A DNA stretch of 64,000 nt, taken from Candidatus Obscuribacteraceae bacterium. Lineage in GTDB: Bacteria > Cyanobacteriota > Vampirovibrionia > Obscuribacterales > Obscuribacteraceae. A model generated the notes under the pieces. That model saw only the letters and a list, made by a program, of their open reading frames with translations. It made no database searches and was not told the origin of the DNA. This document shows positions 1-8,206 of this stretch, one piece after another. The stretch covers positions 480,001 to 544,000 of the forward strand of contig JBGAHS010000007.1 of assembly GCA_044226015.1 (NCBI GenBank), in the 5' to 3' direction. The position numbers and the translations under genes are program-made. Positions within the stretch are counted from its first letter, which is position 1; each line of letters starts with the position of its first letter.

Positions 1-2
1 GC

Positions 3-269
3 CAATGGGAAGGCGGGCGCCGCACTCAGCTAGAGCGCTTCGCAGCATCGGAAGGTAAGCCAGTAACCGACTGGCATGTACAGGTTGACTTCATGATGAA
101 GGAATTGAAGGGCAGCGAATCTGGTGCGTTTGCTAAATTGCAATCAGCTCAAACGCCGAGAGAGGCAGCGGCTATTTTCGACAAATACTATGAGCGCAGT
201 TCAGGAGCCGCTCGTGGAGAACGTATGGCCAATGCTGATAACATTTATCAAAAGGTTGCTCAAGCTTAG
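3..269 (+). CDS. 3' end (partial) of a protein with a phage-tail-lysozyme-like (Phage_lysozyme2) domain
   Basis: Not in ORF track. Frame 3 is open from the window edge to TAG at 267-269: QWEGGRRTQLERFAASEGKPVTDWHVQVDFMMKELKGSE...EAAAIFDKYYERSSGAARGERMANADNIY. This matches the QW..R..L / Q..F...EL / AA..F...YER pattern of that family. Confidence 0.6.
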   Translation, partial: QWEGGRRTQLERFAASEGKPVTDWHVQVDFMMKELKGSESGAFAKLQSAQTPREAAAIFDKYYERSSGAARGERMANADNIYQKVAQA

Positions 270-304
270 TAGCTGATTGGCAAGAGTGTTGTGCGGATTC
301 GCCC

Positions 305-540
305 GTGTGCTGAAGCGGAGCGAGATCACTGCGCAGATCAGTGAATTGCGTTTGTGCGCTGAAGTAGTGCAAGATTATAGTGCGGATCCGTAATGTGTAT
401 GTGCGCTGAAGCATGCAAGACTGTAGTGCGGATCCGTAATGTGCATGTGCGCTGAAGATGTGCAAGATTGTTGTGCGGATCCGTAATGTGCATGAGCGCT
501 TAAGATGAGCGAGATTGTTGTGCGAATCCCTAATTTGCTG
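305..540. repeat. ~47-bp imperfect tandem repeat, 4 clear copies plus 1 degenerate
   Basis: Units start at ~305, 354, 401, 447, 494; consensus gtgcgctgaag-n3-tgcaagattgtagtgcggatccgtaatgtgcat; lies between convergent genes. Confidence 0.85.
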
Positions 541-559
541 TAATTTGCATGTGAGCTAT

Positions 560-1513
560 TCAGTAACCACGCTGAAGGTCGACCAATCCCCGTAGTGCTT
601 GCCCGTTTTTATATCGGCTGAGATTTTCCATGAAACATGCAGTAATCTCTTCTGGAATGCTTGGACCTCCAATGTGAGGTGTCACAATACAGTTCTCCAG
701 AGACCAGAAGGGATGCTCTGGCGGAAGGGGCTCGACTGCAAAAACGTCAAGTATTGCGCCTGCTATTTTTTTTGATTTCAGGCAATTTACCAGAGACTCG
801 TCGTCAATGAGAGCGCCTCTTCCAACATTTATTATCCAGGAATCTGGTCTTAGCTTTTGCAGGACCCGTTCATTGAACATTCCTCTAGTTTCACTCGTTA
901 GCGGAAGTGTCAGCACCAAGACGTCGGTTCCCGACACGAATTCGTCCAGTTGTTTTGTCGAAAAGGTTTGGTCTGCGGTTGCATTTGGCGTACCGCTTCG
1001 ATTCAGTCCCCAGACTTGCATATCGAATGCTCTTGCTACTCGTGCTAGTTCGCTTCCGATGTCCCCGATGCCAGCAATGCCTATCGTTTTTTTCGATATT
1101 TTTTCTATCTGATAAGGTTTCCAATGCTTCTGCTGTTGCTGTTCTTTGCCGGTAAATGCTTTTATTTTGTGCGCTAGAAGATTGCCGAAAACGTAGTGCG
1201 ACAGAAACGAGCCAAACACTCCCCAGGGCTTAGTAATTTTTGGAGTCTGCAAAAATTCAGCGTTCACCAAACCTTCTACACCTGCCCACATAGATTGAAT
1301 CCATTTGAGTTTGCGCGCATTTTTGTATGCGCCAGGTGGTAGATGAACACCGAATATGATGTCAGCTTCCGCAATGCTATTCTCGACTTCTTCGGTTGTT
1401 TGGCAGACGATGAGATGCTCGTCTAGTCCAGATTTTTCCAGAGCCATCGCGTAGGCTTCCGCCTCTGAAGTCCGGTTTGAGTAAAGCAATATTGTTTGTT
1501 TCGACATCTGCAT
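560..1513 (-). CDS. D-isomer-specific 2-hydroxyacid dehydrogenase, NAD(P)-binding
   Basis: GIGDIG Rossmann motif, INVGRG, LDVF..EPLP, TPHIGG, C-terminal VDLQRGY. Confidence 0.93.
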   Translation of the reverse strand: MQMSKQTILLYSNRTSEAEAYAMALEKSGLDEHLIVCQTTEEVENSIAEADIIFGVHLPPGAYKNARKLKWIQSMWAGVEGLVNAEFLQTPKITKPWGVFGSFLSHYVFGNLLAHKIKAFTGKEQQQQKHWKPYQIEKISKKTIGIAGIGDIGSELARVARAFDMQVWGLNRSGTPNATADQTFSTKQLDEFVSGTDVLVLTLPLTSETRGMFNERVLQKLRPDSWIINVGRGALIDDESLVNCLKSKKIAGAILDVFAVEPLPPEHPFWSLENCIVTPHIGGPSIPEEITACFMENLSRYKNGQALRGLVDLQRGY

Positions 1514-1618
1514 AGTCCGACTCTGAAGAGCAGATTTTACAAAATCAGGAGAGCCGATTCAATCTTGAAATGCCAGGCATTTCAGTGGATGATGTGGAAG
1601 TAAGTCAGGGGAGGAGAA

Positions 1619-1879
1619 ATGACGGAACCTAAATCATGGCGTAGTTGTCCATTTGTGAAAGGTCGTTTATATCGTGTTGTCAATTCCTTCTCGGCGTTGC
1701 GCAGTGAGTTTGCTGAAGGGCAACTGCTCACTTTTGAACGCGAGACGTACAGCATTTATGACAGCTGTACGGGGTATTTTTTCATTTGCAAAGCGAGTGG
1801 AGAATTGTGTTCCCTCGACATTTATGATGATGACGAGACAGGGAAGGCTTTTGGAAATTTTGAGCCGATAGCAGAGTAA
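1619..1879 (+). CDS. small hypothetical protein (weak DUF3601-like look)
   Basis: 86 aa ORF with strong GGAGGAG RBS, directly upstream of chrA. Confidence 0.6.
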   Translation: MTEPKSWRSCPFVKGRLYRVVNSFSALRSEFAEGQLLTFERETYSIYDSCTGYFFICKASGELCSLDIYDDDETGKAFGNFEPIAE

Positions 1880-1891
1880 GGAATTCGTCTC

Positions 1892-3139
1892 GTGAGCCCT
1901 GATTTAAATGAAGATGCTAACTCGCCATCGGTAGATTCTACTTTAGTAGGAAAACAAAATGGAGCACCATCTTTGGTGTCATTGATTCCCCTTTTCCTTA
2001 CTCTGGGGTGTACGGCTTTTGGCGGACCAGCTGCGCACATTACAATGATGCGTAAAGAATTCGTCGAGAGAAGAAAGGTACTTGGTGAGGATGAGTTCTT
2101 AGACCTTATCAGCGCTTGCAATCTGATTCCCGGACCAAATTCGACTGAGCTTGCCATCCATCTCGGATATAGATTCGGTGGATACAGGGGGCTCTTTATT
2201 TCAGGCTTATGTTTCATTTTACCAGCTTTTTTCATGGTACTCCTGCTTGCATACATGTATGTCGGGGCTGCATTTCTTCCTGAAGTGAAAGTGATTTTTG
2301 ACGGTGTCAAACCGGTTGTTGTTGCTCTTGTGCTAGATGCTCTGCTGGGTTTATCCAGGACGGTCATGAAGACAAAATTGCAGATTTTTTGTGTTGCTTT
2401 GGCAATTTTGCTTTGCTATTTTGTACGGAACGAACTCTTTGTGCTTTTACTTGCTGGCGCCGTGTCTTTGCTATATGCCTGGAGTGATAAGCATAATTTG
2501 CTACGCCAACAAACGAAATTGACATGCATAACGATATTCGTTTTGAGCTTACTGATGCTGGTTAGCTTTATAAATCCGTTGACGGGAAGTGCCAGCAGTA
2601 TGAATGTTGCACCTTCTTCCATCTTCTTCTATTTTCTGAAATTGGGATCTGTTCTTTATGGTAGTGGCTATGTGTTGTTGGCTTTTCTGCAAGCCGATCT
2701 TGTCCAGAATCTGCATTGGATAAGCTCGCAACAACTTTTTGATGCAATCAGCATAGGGCAGATAACACCTGGTCCGGTGTTTACCACTGCAACATTTATC
2801 GGCTTTCTATTGGGCGGTGTTTCGGGCGCTGTTCTTGCAACCGTGGGGATTTTTGCACCAGCCTTTATTTTCGTGGCAATCACTGCACCTATCTTTCGGC
2901 AGTTGAGAGAAAACGAAGTGTTCGCGACTCTATTGAAAGGCGTTAACCTGGCTTCTTTAGCGCTTATGTTTTTTGTTTTGATTCAATTGTTTTTGGTGGC
3001 TGCTAGCACTGCATATGGTGTAGTAGTGTTTGCCGCTTCTTTTATTCTTTTGCGCTGGGCTAAGGTAAATGTGACCATTTTGATGCTGGCTTCTGCTATC
3101 TTAAGTGTCATATTAAAGCAGTTCTTTTATTCAATATGA
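1892..3139 (+). CDS. chrA: chromate efflux transporter (long-chain CHR family)
   Basis: Two CHR repeats: FGGPAAH...PGPNS and YGSGYV...TPGP; multiple TM helices. Confidence 0.93.
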   Translation: MSPDLNEDANSPSVDSTLVGKQNGAPSLVSLIPLFLTLGCTAFGGPAAHITMMRKEFVERRKVLGEDEFLDLISACNLIPGPNSTELAIHLGYRFGGYRGLFISGLCFILPAFFMVLLLAYMYVGAAFLPEVKVIFDGVKPVVVALVLDALLGLSRTVMKTKLQIFCVALAILLCYFVRNELFVLLLAGAVSLLYAWSDKHNLLRQQTKLTCITIFVLSLLMLVSFINPLTGSASSMNVAPSSIFFYFLKLGSVLYGSGYVLLAFLQADLVQNLHWISSQQLFDAISIGQITPGPVFTTATFIGFLLGGVSGAVLATVGIFAPAFIFVAITAPIFRQLRENEVFATLLKGVNLASLALMFFVLIQLFLVAASTAYGVVVFAASFILLRWAKVNVTILMLASAILSVILKQFFYSI

Positions 3140-4317
3140 TTCTCGCGTTCTTTATTCTTTAATTGTAGGAGTGCCCCCAGTGCGAGCTTTATCTCCTCAT
3201 CCAGCGGGAATAATTGTGACACAAGCGCCATTTCTACTATTGCTTCATCGAGGCGCTGTGTTTTGGCAAGTTGTAGTGCCAGGGCTCGTTGAATTCTGAT
3301 GTTTTTTGGTCGAAGCATCCTTGAGATTTTGTATTCATTGGCGGCTCTGTCATGGTCTCCAATTTTTATATATAGAACTGCCAGCGCGTTGTGTACATCG
3401 ACATCGTTAGGTGCAAGCAACGCTGCCCTCTGGCAAAATCGAATTGCTTCATCAGTTTTGTCCTGATTAGAAAGCACCCATGCCATTACCATGGTGGCAT
3501 CAGAATAGTTGGGATCTAACTCCAGTGCTCTGGCGATTTCTGCTTTTGCTTCGGTCCACCTTTTTAGAGTGCCGAGAGATTGTCCATATCTAAAATGGAC
3601 GTAAGGGTCATCAGGCGCCGCAGCCACTGCGGCTTCGTATTCTTGAACGGCTAACTCAGCTTTTTCTTGCTGCAAATATGTGTTGGCCAGAACTGTGTGT
3701 GCTAGAGGATATGTCGGGTGCGCCTTTAGAATTTCGCTGCATTCAGCACTTGCTCTCCAGAGATTTCCCTGCATTCTGTAGCATTCCGCAGTGAAGACTT
3801 GGGCTGCAGTAGAATCTGGGCTCAATTTGAAACAGGTCTGATATTGGTTGATGGCATCCTCATAATGTCCGCTCAGCCGATATGCTTGCCCAAGCATGAA
3901 ATGTGCTTCTGAGAAATTAGGGTCCACATTAATGGCTTCATTTAGCTGTGTTATGGCTGAATTGAAGTCAGATAGTGCCACCATTGCTGCGCCCAGTAGA
4001 TAGTAGGAACTCGCGACTTTCGGCTCTTCCTTGCGGCACTCAGATGCTTCCAGGTAAGCGTTGGTAAAATCTCTGTTTTGCAAGTAAATAAAGTAATTCT
4101 CTATTCGCCGAGCCAGTTCGCTTTTTGCGTCAATGCTTTGGGATATTGGTTTTGGTATGAGCGCAACAAGAGTGTAAGAGCTGCTTGGTTTTGATTTGCG
4201 CATCGGCGTTAGTACATGAGCTCTAACAGTGTATGAGCTGTACTGGCAAGTTGCACATACTACCTGGAGAGACAAGCAAAGAATGACCGCGAAGATTAGA
4301 TTAGTTGATTGAGGCAT
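3127..4317 (-). CDS. TPR-repeat protein with N-terminal signal peptide
   Basis: Serial 34-aa TPR motifs (e.g. DPNFSEAHFMLGQAY, DPNYSDA); hydrophobic N-terminus. Confidence 0.88.
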   Translation of the reverse strand: MPQSTNLIFAVILCLSLQVVCATCQYSSYTVRAHVLTPMRKSKPSSSYTLVALIPKPISQSIDAKSELARRIENYFIYLQNRDFTNAYLEASECRKEEPKVASSYYLLGAAMVALSDFNSAITQLNEAINVDPNFSEAHFMLGQAYRLSGHYEDAINQYQTCFKLSPDSTAAQVFTAECYRMQGNLWRASAECSEILKAHPTYPLAHTVLANTYLQQEKAELAVQEYEAAVAAAPDDPYVHFRYGQSLGTLKRWTEAKAEIARALELDPNYSDATMVMAWVLSNQDKTDEAIRFCQRAALLAPNDVDVHNALAVLYIKIGDHDRAANEYKISRMLRPKNIRIQRALALQLAKTQRLDEAIVEMALVSQLFPLDEEIKLALGALLQLKNKERENHIE

Positions 4318-4418
4318 GCCAGGCGCTTTGTGAATTCAAGACTGATTATACAACGATTTAAACTTGCCACAGCTTTACTGTATAATCGTGATGGCTAGGC
4401 TTTCGGGTTATTCGCAAA

Positions 4419-5876
4419 GTGAGATTTACTCCCAGCGCTCTGCTTTTTCGGGCTTATCTAATGCTTTGCGTTCTCAATTTTGTGTTTTCCTGGCTATACG
4501 GATTGTTTTCTCTGTGCTCGCCTGACATTAAGTACTTTCAGAAGGATGTGGCGGCGCAACTAAGCTCTATTGAGCGCCGGCTGGCAGAGGGCGGAGCCAA
4601 CTGGCAAGGACAATTTCAGCCAGAAGGTAAAATTTTTTCCTATGGCTTTTACGGTTTGAGCTTGATTAATATTGCTGTTGAGAGGAGGGCTGACTCTCAA
4701 GCTATTGCCACTACCCTGGCAAAGTTGGAGCTGCTGATTCCTCAACTTGAGACATGTGAAAGCGAATATCCTTTCACTTCTTGTTCCAAGCTGAGCCCTA
4801 AGGGTGGTGTCATAGCTGCTGGAATTACTAATTTGGTACGAGCCGGTTATGTTTTTCTTGGCGGGAAAAATCAAAGGGTCATTGAGTCGTTTCACGGACG
4901 CTCAGCCGCTCTGGCGGCTGCGTTCTCGGAATCGAAATTACCATTCCTTGAGAGCTTTCCCGGGCTGCGCTGGCCGGTGGACAACTGCTGTGCCATCGAA
5001 TCGCTTCGGTATCATGATAATCTGTTTTCCTCTGACTATGCCAGGTTGCCTTCGCAACGTTGGGAACAATGGCTAAGAGCAAATGCCGACACTAGCACCG
5101 GAATGATGATTGCTCAAGTCAGTGCAGATGGGCATACCATTGATGTTCCCAGAGGTTGTGCGCTTTCGTGGACGCTTTCGTTTAGTCCTGGATTTGCTCC
5201 TGAGTATGATAAAGAGCAGTACTCTCGATTTCAAAAATATTGGTTTTTGCCCGTGATGGGTACCCTCGGCATAAGAGAGTGGTCAGAGGGGCAAGAGAAA
5301 TTTTCGAAAATACAGGAGGGGCCAGTCTTGTTCGGAGTTGGCGCTGCAGCAAGCGGACTCGGCATAGCTGCGACCCATGCGCATTCTGATGGACAAGCAT
5401 TTGTCTGTCTCTTGCGTGGATTAGAATCGATTGGCTTTCCCAGCATAAATTTGCAAGGAGAGAAATCCTATTTTGGTCAGCTCTTCTTGCTCGGTGACAT
5501 TCTTGCATTGTGGGGAAAGACCTGTATTGTTTGGGACCGTGCTCAAGATAGTGCTTCCTTCTGGCATGATGCGTCGAGCCTGCCAGATTTTTCAAAGCCT
5601 CTCATTCTCGCTGTATTAATAAGTGTTGTTCTGACTATGTCATGTTTTGCCTATTTCTTTGGGGGCATTCGTCTGTTTCGTTCGAGATTTCAGAGTTTAG
5701 AAAGGCGCGATTGGAAGCTTGCATCAGTTGCATTGCTCGCCATTCTTTCAAACCTTTGCTTTCCTGGCTTCCTTTGGATATGGACTGTCCTGGTCTTGGT
5801 GTGCATTCTGTGGGTGGAAAAGTGGAACGCCACCATCAGGAAATTCTCTTCTTCAAGTTCAGCAGAGCGCACATGA
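4419..5876 (+). CDS. membrane-anchored protein with a linalool dehydratase/isomerase-like (alpha/alpha) barrel segment
   Basis: N-terminal TM, three C-terminal TMs; LESFPGLRWPVDN..AIESLRYHDNLFSSDY...RW..W resembles the Ldi-family S-L-x-x-x-D-x-L-x-G-T-D-Y segment. ORF certain, function tentative. Confidence 0.55.
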   Translation: MRFTPSALLFRAYLMLCVLNFVFSWLYGLFSLCSPDIKYFQKDVAAQLSSIERRLAEGGANWQGQFQPEGKIFSYGFYGLSLINIAVERRADSQAIATTLAKLELLIPQLETCESEYPFTSCSKLSPKGGVIAAGITNLVRAGYVFLGGKNQRVIESFHGRSAALAAAFSESKLPFLESFPGLRWPVDNCCAIESLRYHDNLFSSDYARLPSQRWEQWLRANADTSTGMMIAQVSADGHTIDVPRGCALSWTLSFSPGFAPEYDKEQYSRFQKYWFLPVMGTLGIREWSEGQEKFSKIQEGPVLFGVGAAASGLGIAATHAHSDGQAFVCLLRGLESIGFPSINLQGEKSYFGQLFLLGDILALWGKTCIVWDRAQDSASFWHDASSLPDFSKPLILAVLISVVLTMSCFAYFFGGIRLFRSRFQSLERRDWKLASVALLAILSNLCFPGFLWIWTVLVLVCILWVEKWNATIRKFSSSSSAERT

Positions 5877-5877
5877 G

Positions 5878-6330
5878 CTACTCTGTTTTTGCAATCGCGT
5901 CTTTTGTTGCTATTTCAGGACCATTTGGTTTTACTCTGCAAACAACGTGAGCTAGCCCCGTTATACCCAACCTTTTAGCTGCTGCTTTCGAAAGGTCGAT
6001 TATGCGTTTTCCATGAAAGGGTCCTCTGTCCGTTACTCGCACATTGACGGTGGCTCCTGTATCAGGATTTGTGACTAACAGATGGGTGCCGAAAGGTAGT
6101 GTTCTATGAGCACAGGTGTACTGGTTCGGATCATAAAGGCTTCCCGAAGCAGTGCGGCGTCCTTTGAATCGATCCGCATAAAATGAGGCGATTCCTTTAA
6201 TTGGTGCTCTAAGGGTCTTTGTCAACGTATGTTTGACTTTGTTGGGCATTGATTCTTCGTTTGCAAGGGCATCGCCTGTGGTGCAACATATCAATGCCAA
6301 TGAAAATAATAAGGGGATTGCTTTTTTCAT
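5878..6330 (-). CDS. rlpA: RlpA-family lytic transglycosylase (DPBB domain)
   Basis: GIASFYA...TASG, CAHRTLPFGT, VRVTDRGPF..RIIDLSKAAA; signal peptide from MKKAIP (ORF track extends to 6357). Confidence 0.92.
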   Translation of the reverse strand: MKKAIPLLFSLALICCTTGDALANEESMPNKVKHTLTKTLRAPIKGIASFYADRFKGRRTASGSLYDPNQYTCAHRTLPFGTHLLVTNPDTGATVNVRVTDRGPFHGKRIIDLSKAAAKRLGITGLAHVVCRVKPNGPEIATKDAIAKTE

Positions 6331-6547
6331 TGTTACTGTGCCCATGTAAGATTCCATCTGAGAGGACGGGCTGAGTCGATGTCAGTTCCCACATATAGCG
6401 CAGCTGAAATCCCCGATATTGCAGACCAAAGCAAGCCTCTCTCAGAAGCGAAAATGCGCCATTACCGTGCCGGGTCGAGGCTAATCGCTGAGTTGAGTCT
6501 GCGATATCGCAGCTCAATAACATTCGCGAGGCGTATTTCTAGATGGT

Positions 6548-8203
6548 CTAGACCTCTTCGGAAATCATTGAAGAGAGTTCGTTGTAGCGCGATTGAAGAA
6601 CCTTCAAGTTCATACTGAAGACAGGGTCCACGAGCTCCTCATTGCGTAACTGGTCAAGCAGCTTTATTGAGTGCTTGATGGAAATGCGCAAACCTTCATT
6701 TATTTCTGAACTACCAACCTCTGCAACTTCATATAACGGAATGCTTGCATCAAGAAGTGAGGCAAGGGTCTCGGCTGCTACGACTTCCGCATCGCTCCAT
6801 CGTTTTGATTGTCCGGCAACTTGCTCTTTCCATGCCTCGAATGATTTCCGCGGGTGCAATTTGTTGGGTGAACTTACTGAAACTGCTTTTTCCGGATTTC
6901 CGCCCCATGTCAGAGTCTGTTTGTATTCTGGGCGGAAAATCAGCAAATAGCCATGCAGCATTTTTATTGCAATTAGACCTGAGGCTTTCTCTTCGTTGCC
7001 CTTGAAGATCTCAAAGGTGGCTGGCAAACGATTGGTAAAAAATATACTCGACCGCTTCTCTTCTCGGAGACTTTGCACCAGGCTCTGGATTGTTGCTGTA
7101 GCAATTATTTCGCCGCACTGTCCCTCAGTATTTCCATCTTCGGAAGCGTAAATCACAGCGCTTGCATCGAATAAACGAAGGGACTTCTCGCCAATCGAAT
7201 CAAAGAGAGAGAGCCTGTTTTTTGACTCTAGAATCTTTTGACCTATGCTGGAAAATTGCGACACCAGTTGTAGTGCATCCTTCTTTATAATGCTGGCAAG
7301 ATGCTCTGAGGCAAATTTGCCTATGAACTCACATACAGAACGAATCCAGTAGTTCGTGTATTTTGCAGTGCTGTGATGACCGGCAATTAGCCCCCATAGA
7401 CGACCATTAACAATAAGCGAAATTGTCAGGCTCGCGCCGACATTCATGTTCTTCAGGTACTCAATGTGAATCGGCGACGCTTGTCTCAAAGCACTAAGAG
7501 TCATATTGATTGGGCGTCCCCTTCCAGCCGAATGTGAGGGAACCAGCGGAATCGATGGACTGTTTACATCAGCAATCAGGCGGGTCCAATTTGCCGTAAA
7601 GAGCTTTCTTGCAGGCTCTGGAATATCGCTGGCCGGGAAATGATTTCCCATGTAACTGTCCATGCCAGGTCTGAGGTCCTCACCGACGACCTCACCATGC
7701 CAATCTTCATGAAATTTATACAGCATGACCCGTTCTAACCCAGTGACCTTTCTGACACAGCGAACAAGTTCTTCCGCAAATTCCTTGACCGTATTTGTTT
7801 TAGATAAAGTTACGATGCATTCCTGAAGTCCAGAAGCAGCGTTGTCTGCATCATGCATGTCTGTTGACTCATCTCTAGGCTCGAGTTCAATAATCATGCA
7901 GCCGTCGCTAATGTGGGCAATTGCGTTTGCTTTGATTTTGCTTCCAACAACTCCAACAGGCACCAGTGCCCTGTCCTTGTTACTCGCAAACGAATTTAGT
8001 GTTTCAAGTTGTCTTTCCGAAAAAAAGGCGGAACAATGTTCGCCAATAATGCTCTCGGTACTCTCTTCCAGCCAATCAGAAATGTTTGCAGAAGTTTGCA
8101 CTACGTACATTGAACCATCAAGTACCAACAAAGCACCGTAACTCTGAATTTCATTTATGTATGCCACCGGCTCTCTGTCACAATTCGACTCGTCTACTTG
8201 CAC
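6548..8203 (-). CDS. bphP: bacteriophytochrome photosensory core (PAS-GAF-PHY) without a catalytic output domain
   Basis: N-terminal CDREP (biliverdin-attachment Cys), RVMLYKF, FPASDIP, LRQASPIHIEYLKNM, LWGLIAGHH, PHY tongue WGG...PRKSF..W; only ~55 aa follow the PHY domain. Confidence 0.92.
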   Translation of the reverse strand: MQVDESNCDREPVAYINEIQSYGALLVLDGSMYVVQTSANISDWLEESTESIIGEHCSAFFSERQLETLNSFASNKDRALVPVGVVGSKIKANAIAHISDGCMIIELEPRDESTDMHDADNAASGLQECIVTLSKTNTVKEFAEELVRCVRKVTGLERVMLYKFHEDWHGEVVGEDLRPGMDSYMGNHFPASDIPEPARKLFTANWTRLIADVNSPSIPLVPSHSAGRGRPINMTLSALRQASPIHIEYLKNMNVGASLTISLIVNGRLWGLIAGHHSTAKYTNYWIRSVCEFIGKFASEHLASIIKKDALQLVSQFSSIGQKILESKNRLSLFDSIGEKSLRLFDASAVIYASEDGNTEGQCGEIIATATIQSLVQSLREEKRSSIFFTNRLPATFEIFKGNEEKASGLIAIKMLHGYLLIFRPEYKQTLTWGGNPEKAVSVSSPNKLHPRKSFEAWKEQVAGQSKRWSDAEVVAAETLASLLDASIPLYEVAEVGSSEINEGLRISIKHSIKLLDQLRNEELVDPVFSMNLKVLQSRYNELSSMISEEV

Positions 8204-8206
8204 GCT

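Noticed and set aside
305..540. Possible CRISPR array
   Set aside because: Units are contiguous with no unique spacers, and there are no cas genes in the window
6548..8203. Calling the phytochrome a Cph1/plant-type or a pseudogene
   Set aside because: The GAF Cys is absent (SPIH) while the N-terminal Cys is present; the frame is intact and no kinase remnant is evident downstream
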